A stretch of 28,101 bases of DNA, from IMG/VR virus record IMGVR_UViG_3300017985_000095, positions 1 to 28,101 of that record, one strand, 5' to 3'. This document shows positions 7,113 to 16,200 of the stretch, piece by piece. Both the position numbers and the translations under genes were made by a program. Numbering within the stretch: the stretch's first letter is position 1; each line of letters begins with the position of its first letter. Below the pieces are notes generated by a model that saw nothing but the letters and a program-made list of their open reading frames with translations, was not told the origin of the DNA and did not search any database. Source of the stretch: a virus (lineage: Duplodnaviria > Caudoviricetes).

Positions 7113-7241
7113 TTAACTTCTTTTATTAACAAATACTTTCTCAGTATTTGGATCAAATATTTTTAAATGTGCTTCAACACTTATTGCCCCTGCCTCGTTG
7201 GGTTTAGGTTTTTGTGCTTGTGCTTTCTTATCATTATTCAT
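7113..7241 (-). CDS. 42-aa micro-protein paralogous to the N-terminus of the downstream 201-aa protein
   Basis: Not in ORF track. ATG 7241 to TAA 7113: MNNDKKAQAQKPKPNEAGAISVEAHLKIFDPNTEKVFVNKRS. Fills the gap between 7258 and 7110; shares LKIFDPxT with the next gene. Confidence 0.78.
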   Translation of the reverse strand: MNNDKKAQAQKPKPNEAGAISVEAHLKIFDPNTEKVFVNKRS

Positions 7242-7246
7242 ATCAC

Positions 7247-7254
7247 TATTTATG
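7247..7254 (-). promoter_or_regulatory. late-promoter-like CATAAATA, 5 nt before ATG
   Basis: Minus strand CATAAATA-GTGAT-ATG; 7/8 match to TATAAATA in a 16-nt intergenic gap. Confidence 0.65.
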
Positions 7255-7257
7255 CAT

Positions 7258-10200
7258 TTAAATGTTTACGTTTTTAATAAAGTTTGCTTGTGTTGTTGTT
7301 TGATTTTGTAGTGCAATACCATTGCTTGCAGTATTTGATCCTGAAGCATAAAATATCGAATCACCAACATAACTTGAAGTAGATGTGTCACTTCCTAACG
7401 TAATACTCTCTTTTTCAGTATTCTCAATTAAGTGTTTTCTACTGAAATCTTCAACTTGTGTGCCCTTTGTATGCGGTGCCGCGGCTGTGCCGGCAGTACC
7501 TCTACGCAATCCACTTATTGTGTGATTTACTGTGTCTAATTCTCTGTATGTGACACGTTCTGCACCTATCATTACAATACCAAAGTTTCCAAGTGTCAAG
7601 TTTGGAACTGGCATATTGGCAGTGTTTTCCAAATACATGATATCTGCATCTGCTGTGACGTCATACTTTAATTTCTCTATGTGGTAATCATCCATCTTAT
7701 ACATTGCTACATTACCATTCATGTCTTTGAACCATCTAAAACTGATTGCATCTGGAACCAAGTTACTTGTGAAACTTGTAATAACAACTACATCAGTAGG
7801 ACTTAATAAAGTTCCTGCTATTAGTATTTTAGTTCCTGACACATAATAATCTGTATCTGCTAACAGGAATTCACCATTGACAGTTACCCATAGTCTATTG
7901 TCGTTAGAAATATCTCTACCAACATCAAACAAGTTAGTGTCACTTGCGGATGTACTAACATAATCAAATCCAACCGAATCAAATGCACCACTGTCAAACA
8001 ATTCTATAATAGGGGTTGTCACGGTTGTAGGACCAACAAACACATTAGTTAACAAATCTTGCTGATCAGTATCGTTAAAAGTTGTAACTTCTATGTGGTC
8101 ATTTCCAACAACTCCAACACTAGAATCTATTCTTAAGATTCCAGCATCATCTATCGTGTAGTCAGCTGCATGTGTTGTATATACATCAACAATTGTTCCA
8201 TTTGCAGGTGCGGTTGTAAAACTAACTTCCTTGTATGTTGTACTTCCGTCCACTACACTTATAACATTGTAATCTGTTGATAATGTCTGTTTTTCGTTAC
8301 CAACAAATACAACTATCTCACTGTTTGAAACAAGTGTATGGTCTATATCACCTGTAGTTGAAAGTCTAAAGTCTGTTTCTAAACCATCACCATCATAACG
8401 TACACCTTCTGGTGGACGCAGTCTGTATCCATTATTTTCAACAATAGCACACATCTTATTTCTTCCATTAATGTATACATCATTACTTAAATTAAATCCT
8501 TCACTATCTACTGTTAAAGTTGTTATGTCTGCTGTTGTTTTTGTAGTATCTACTGTGTACGGATCATAGTGACTATTGATTGGATAACTCCAGTCATAGT
8601 TTTCACCATCAAAACCAAATACAGTTACAGTAATAAAGTCACTTGTACTGTAGTTTGTTGTAAATGTAATGGTTGTTATTGAATTTTCAACTGTAGATAC
8701 CTTGTCTACTGTTACAGATGAATCGGCGGTGGTTAGTGTGTTATCAACTGTTAACTTTCCATCGGCAGTAGAAGAATAACCCGATTCTAATACATCACCA
8801 TTTACTGTAACTAAAATTTCATATATTTCCTGTACGTTTACTGGAATGTTTAATTGCTTACCAAATTCTGCTCCGTTGTAAGTATTTCTATATAATTGAT
8901 TTCCACCACCAATCTCGTAAACGTTGATTTGTATAATATCCTGATCAAACGCATTGTCTATTACTGTTATTGTCTGGTTTGTCCAATCAATTGTGTAATC
9001 CTCGTCAACGTGTAATCTTCTACCTGTTGTGCCGTTAATAATAATTACACTAATTGGATGTTCAACGACATTCTTAAATGTAAATGTGTTTGTTCCAGCA
9101 GTTGTGTAAGTATGACGAATATAATCTGCTGCAAAACCGTGTCCATTATCTCTATAATCATATCCAGGTCTTGTATGGACCTTAAGATCTAATGTATCAA
9201 AACAAGAACCTGGTGTAAGTTCTTCAGGACTGTGACTTGAATACTGATCTATGAATTCACCACCGTTTGTGATTATATCACTTGCGTTTGTTCCAACATA
9301 CAAATCAACAAAAGCTGACTTTAATTCACTATCTAAACTAGATGTCGTATCAGTAAATTCAAGATCTTTTACTTGTACACCTGGATATTCTATTCCATCG
9401 ATTAACATAGGTAAATTTAAACCTGCCATATCGACTGTAGGTGTGTAGTAACCCATTGTTCTATCCGTAGAGTTCAATGTGTTACTATCCACTTTTGTAA
9501 AATCGTCTAGTAAGAATTTTTCTTTAAATGCACGTGTAACATTATGTGTGTAAACTTTGTTTTCATAACGCACTAATTGACCTGATTCATACACAGCGTC
9601 ATATGAATCGGCAGTTAATGTATCTACATCCACAGTAACACTTGTATCGTCTATTGTTGTTCTAAGCGTTGTGTTCTTTGTCCAATCAACAACTGTGTAA
9701 TCATATTCCAATCTATCAAACTTAAGTGTGGTGTCAATTGTTCTAACAGTCTTGTTTTCTAAAATTGGAATTACTTTTGCATTTATTCCGTTTCCTTGAA
9801 CAGTAATTGTTGGTGTTGTTAAATAACCGGAACCATTAGTTACTAAAGTTACTTGTGTTAGATTTCCACTATTATTAATTCTAGCAACTGCTGTTGATTG
9901 TGTAGTGGCACCGCCACCAGTTACTATAATTTTTGGTACTTCTGTATAGTCAGTTCCAGCATTTACAATCTTGAATTCCTTAATCGACAATAATCTATTG
10001 TCGAACCAATTATTCCACGGAGTTAGTTCCCAAATATTGTAATTCGTTTCTTTAAGTCCAATACCATCTTCGTTAAAGTTACTTTGATCAGATTTTAAAA
10101 TTACACCATCGTAATCTAAAACTGGACTTATATACTTGTTAAAAGTTGAATCAAAATATGAAGGACAATCAAAGTCGATAGTGTCGGTATTATATTGATC

Positions 10201-13200
10201 GTTTCCATCATATTTTAGTAAGAAATCTTTAATCGTAGTATGGTATGGTTTACTTTCGTTTAAGTAATTTTGTAAAAAGATTTGATCGTCTTTTTTATAA
10301 CTCTTGTATTCGATTAATTTTCTTATTTTTTGTTCGACATCTACAAAACTTGTTTTTGTTAACCAATCAATATTTGATTGTTCTTGTAATATGTAGTTAA
10401 ACAGTATTATTAAACTCTTATTACGTTCGATAAGTAGATCACCAGTAAATAGATCTTCATTAATAGCTTTAATAATATTTCTTAATTCGTTACCATTGGT
10501 TCCAGTGTCAACTGTATTGTAGATAATGTCCGTTGTGAATATACTACTATCTACTGTTATATTGTCCTGTGTAGAATTTCCACTCCATAACGACTCATTA
10601 AACGCAATTGTTCCGTCTTCTAGACCTACTCTTATGTAATTTTGATTGGTGTATTGATAAATTTCAAATTTACCGTCACTATTACTCTCTACTTTGATGT
10701 ATTTGCCATCCTCAACAACAGTAGATGTAAGTTTACTTGTGTTAGAGACTATAGCATCAAATATAGCGTTCTCAATAGTACTATCAGCATACCAATCTAT
10801 GTAACTCCAAGACCTTGTTGTATCATAAGATTGTAGTCTAACAAGTTCAAGTTTAGGACCACTAACTACTTCGTGAATACTCCAACCACCATAATAATCA
10901 GAATTAGTTTCGACAAGATATTTGTATCCTATATCTACAGTTGTTATATTTTGGTAACTTAGTTCTTCTAGGTCTTTTACTTTCTTATTCCATTCGTTTT
11001 CACTTTCACCTGGTATTGCTTCATTAAGTAATAGTTTATCAAACTTTTTATTTGTAGAAATTATTTGTGTTTTTAATACATCATTTACATAAGTCAAGTA
11101 TGCTTTTAGTGCATCTAATCTGTTTACAAACATCGACTGTCTAGGTCTAAAACTTATTCCAGTCTGTAATACAGGACTTAATTTTTGATCAGGTACTGCT
11201 AAACCAATAGTGTTACCACCAATCAAACTATCTTGAAGTTTTAAATACGTCGAATCACTTAAGAAAGAATTTTTATTATTTTCTTTTATTAATTTAAATT
11301 CATTGAATACGTTGTTTTGACTTTTGAACTTCTCAAAACCTAAATGTAAAATAGAATCTTGTAGATACTTATTACAGTTATATAATGCTACAGTTCCAGA
11401 ATTTATAAATGTAACGTATGGAATTCCACTTTGTTTAGGTTGTTGTATGTAACTGCTAATTGTGTTTGTGCTTAAGGTTTTATCACCTTTGACAGAACTT
11501 ACATTAGTTACCCAGAAATAATAATACTGAACAATTGTATTTGCCGAATTGATACTAGATACTTGTGTGTAATTTACTGTGTCGATTACATCACCATCAC
11601 CTGTGTACTGTGACGGAGGTAAAGTACTTTTTACCCATTGTTTAACTGTAACTGTACTTCCTGGAAATAAATTACCATAGTTTTTACTTGCATATATTTC
11701 GTCACTTGCCAAGTAATCCAAGAATCTTGCGTTGGTTGTATCCAACCATATTTCATCTACATGATTTTCTGCCCACAATATTCCACCAGTATTTTCACCA
11801 TTAGTATATACTGCTGGGTCTTGCATTGTGATATAGTTTATATTCTGTTGCGCATCACCTAACAACTTTCCATTTAAAGGATCAATATAATCTAAGTTAC
11901 TTACTTTGATCTTAGTGTTTTTATTGTATAGAAGTGCTTTATTAAAAAGGGTAACATCTACACTTTCTTGTTGTTCTCTATATTGTGTCCACACCCCGTC
12001 CACTTTCTTATAAACTGCTGGTTTATCATTATTATTGTAATCAATCCATGCAAAAGAATCGTTTGGTAAACTTACATATTGACCGCTACTTAAATCAGCA
12101 ACTGAATTTGTTCTGATACTTACTAATCTGTAAGTACTTCCAGTTGTATGGTCGGCTTTATATAATATTGTATCAGTTGTGATAATATCTGCATCAGATG
12201 TTACTTGAACATAGGCTGTCTCAATGCTATTAGAAATTTCTAACTCAGTTGTACTATTAACTTTAGTTACTTTATATGCACCATTAACTTCTGTACTTAA
12301 ATCTTGTATAACTAACCATTCATTTGTTGCTAACTCATGTGCATCATAAAAGACCACAGTTAGTACACCTGTGTCATTTTCAGTAATTGATTTAATGTTT
12401 CCTACTTGTTCTGCTCTATATACATTCCAGTCATAAACATTATCTTTGGCAACCCATATAGTTGTGCCTTCAGTAATTTTATTCAAGAAAACAATTCCAC
12501 TAGTGCCATTTAAATCTGTTTTTTCAAACAATGCTATATCAACATCATTTGTGTTTACAAAACCAGCGGTTGGTAAATTAGTATCTGTTAATTGGGTTGT
12601 ACGTACAGGATATATGTTACTACTTGTATGTGTCGTAGATTGATTGTATATGTCACTGACATCGATCACTTGATGTTTTTTAGAAACTGGATTTCTTATA
12701 ATTTCTACAACTCTGTCAACATCTGCTGTGTATTCTGTTGTGTCTGCAGTATAACTCGCGTCTGCAGTAGTTCCTTCAAATACTTCAATTTTTGTTTGGT
12801 CATTTACGACTTCAACTATTGCAGGATTATTTTCTAGTTTTGGTTTGTTAAGTTCTAATTCTACAAAGACTCTATTGGCACTATTACCGAACGTTGCTTC
12901 TTTTATTGCCCAGTTTTCGAACAAATCATAGTCCGTTACTTCTTTGTCAATTTTAATATTTTTAAATACTTCCGCATTTTCAACTGTTCCTTTGTCACCG
13001 ATAAACCTTGTGTAAAAGTTTACACGACTAACATCATCCAATGCATTAAGATAATCTCTTGGTCTGTATCCAATCAGACCCATCGCTAGTAAATCAACAT
13101 CGGATTCCAAGTTTGTTGTTTTCTTGTTATAGTATTGTGTAATCTGATCGGCTTTGTTGGCTATATTAGGAAGTAGTCCTTTCTTAATGTTTTTGTAATT

Positions 13201-16200
13201 AATTTTTTTCCAATCACTGAATTCAAATGTAGTTTTTGGATTTAATTTCTTTACACTACTCCAATAAGAATTTTTGTATTTAACAATACTTCCCATTGCA
13301 TAATACTTGTCTTCTTGCCACTCTTCTACATTGTCTTGGTTAAGTATAAATCCTTGTGCATCTAACAACCCATTCCATTCATAAGTATTGAATCCTATAA
13401 CACGCAAACGTTGTTGTCTAGAACCAGTCATTGGTTCATATATTAAGTCATTGAAAGTACTTGTATTGTATAAGACTAATAAATGTTCGTAACTAATAGA
13501 TTTAATTTTTAATAAGTTTATTGATTTATTATTAATCGTCTGAATTCTAAACAAATTATCCAAACGTGTAACTACGTAATCTTCTTGGTTCAGTGGAATA
13601 CCATTTTGGTCTAATGCATCAATGTGATTTTTTGTGAGATCATCTACGACTAAAAGTTCTTTATTAAATTCTAACTGTATTGCTCCTGGATTTAGATTAA
13701 TGATAGCACCTACACTCCAATCACTGGCTGCCCAGTTAATGAACTCCTGTGCCATTTGACCCCAATTAACAGAAGTACCGTTTTCTTGGTAACTGAACAC
13801 CATCCCTTTGTCTTCAAGGAAAGCACCATAACTTGCAAGGAAGTCTACTACACCACCTTTACTTGTGAAAACATAACCATATGGAACAGTTGTTACTGTT
13901 TTAGCAAAACTTGTTGGAATAATGTAATCACCAATCACTTCACCTTTACTGTCCGTAATACTTCTGTAAATTTCAAAGTACGGTTGTGTCTTACTATGTC
14001 CATATACACTATAACCGTCTGCCGTTTTTTGAACAATGACAGAGCTAAACTGCAATTCAGTAAGTGGTATATTCTTATGTAATAATAAATTATAGTTTTG
14101 ATCAGGAATCTGTAAACCTGTATTTGTGCTACCTGGTGTACTTTTATCAATAAAAATCTTTAAGAAGTCTTTATCTGTAAACGATGCCATTCTATAACAA
14201 AGTCTAACATCGGTCTTTTTAAGTTGTTGACTTATCTCAACACAACTACAACCATTATTGTTATGGTAATCAGCAATCCAATTTATATAACTATTTTTTG
14301 GTTGTGTAATTGTTTGTGTTGTTATATTTCTTGTATCTATTCTATATCGTTCATTAAACAAGTACTGTTTTAATTCATTGTCGTATTTGTATAAGTCACG
14401 GTCTATGTTAAGTGAAAAGTATTTTGCTGGTTTTGTCAGTGCAAATAATCTTTGTAAAGCAAATCGATATGAACTTGACCTTCTCCATGCTGTTTCAGTA
14501 GGACCTTGATCACCAAATACCCATGATTTCTTAAAATCAACACTATTGTAATTGTTTACAATTGCTTCAAACGGACTTAATAGGTTACCTTTTGTATCAA
14601 CTGGAATAATTTCAGTTAAACGTGGTCTTGCAAAACGTTTGTCCGTTCTAGTATTATTTGGATCTTTAATTGTCCCCGCTTCTAAATCATCCCATAACAC
14701 TAAGTTGCCTCTTGTGTATGGAGCTGGACCATATTCTTCTTCCCACCAACTTGGTTTCTCCGAGAACCCTAACATTTCCCATGGTGTTGTGTGTGGAGTA
14801 TCCGTATCGAAATAGTTTTTGTAGACACCTCTCCAGTTGCCTTTTAATGCTTTTGCATCTAATCTATTTCCGGCAGTACTATAGTTCCAAGAAAACTCTT
14901 TGGTTGCATTATAAGCCTGTGTTTTGTATGTTAGTCTGTTAGATGCAATCCAAGTCAAGAAACTCTTACTCAAGATACTTGTTATTTCTTCATCTGTATA
15001 GTCAGTTTCTCTGAATTTACCTGGAATTACATCATATTCTGTAATTGGAATTAAATTATCAGATGAAACTTTAATGTTATTGTAGATTCTTTTTTCGAAT
15101 TCTAATAATAAGTCATCTCTAAAGTCATTATAAGCAATCGTTATACTACCGTCGTGTCCTCTTATCACATTTGTAGGAGTATCATATGTGTCGTCTGTAT
15201 ATTTCTTAGGTACATACGTTGGATGTAATCCCATTTTACTTGGTGTGTTAGGAATATACGATCCTACGGAAGTATTGTATTCTTTTATTACTAGAATATC
15301 ATTTATACTGAGATTAGTTAAGACTGTGATGTTTGCACTTTCTGTACTGACTGTGTAGTCAACATCTTTAGTTAAGATATTATTATTTAAATATACAAGT
15401 ATTGCTTTTGAATTTGCTTTTGTGAAATCGTAAACTTCTTGTGTATTAAAAGTCTCAGTTGTTATTGCTGTAATAGTATAAGTGGTAACTACTGGAGTTG
15501 TTGATCCAGGCAACATATCACTTTTATAAAAAGCATTCAAACTATTCTTACCGACATTGATTTCTTTTAGTGCATCATCAAGAACTTCGTGTGCATAAAG
15601 ACCATATGTATCATTTTTATTAACATAATCTACAAGTTTTAATTTAAACTTTTCGTAGGCATTACTAGCAAAGGCCAAGCTTTCAAAGAAATCAAATTCT
15701 TTACTGTGTAAAAATTTTCCTAACGGTACTATCGGTGAACTATTTTGAATAATATTTCGACTATATTGTTCTATATTAAAAATATCTCTAGTATTATTTG
15801 ATCCATTAATCACACCTTCGATATTTGGTAAGTTTACACCTATCTCTGTGTAATGATTTCTTAGTGTACCAAGTGTGAATTCTTTTTTGTTTTCGTTAAA
15901 TGGATTACTTTCTAAATTAAATGGAATACTGTAATAAGCAACATTACTTTTCTGATCGCTTACTGCCTGAACGTATATGTCTGCGCCGTTTGTTATTTCG
16001 TTTTTAAATACAACAGTTGTAGTATTGTCAGTTAAATTTTGTGTAACTGTGTATTCACTTCTGGGTATGTAATCACCATCGACATAAATTTTTATATTAG
16101 GTGTATTAATATTAGTTTTTAACAATACATCTAATACTAAACTTTTACCGTCATATACAAAATTAAATATTTGATCATCAACAAACTCATCAACGTGTTT

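Noticed and set aside
7110-7241. Frameshift or read-through fusing the 42-aa ORF to the 201-aa gene, or a pseudogene fragment
   Set aside because: The two are out of frame by 2 nt, no slippery site is evident at the junction, and the 201-aa gene already has its own copy of the motif.
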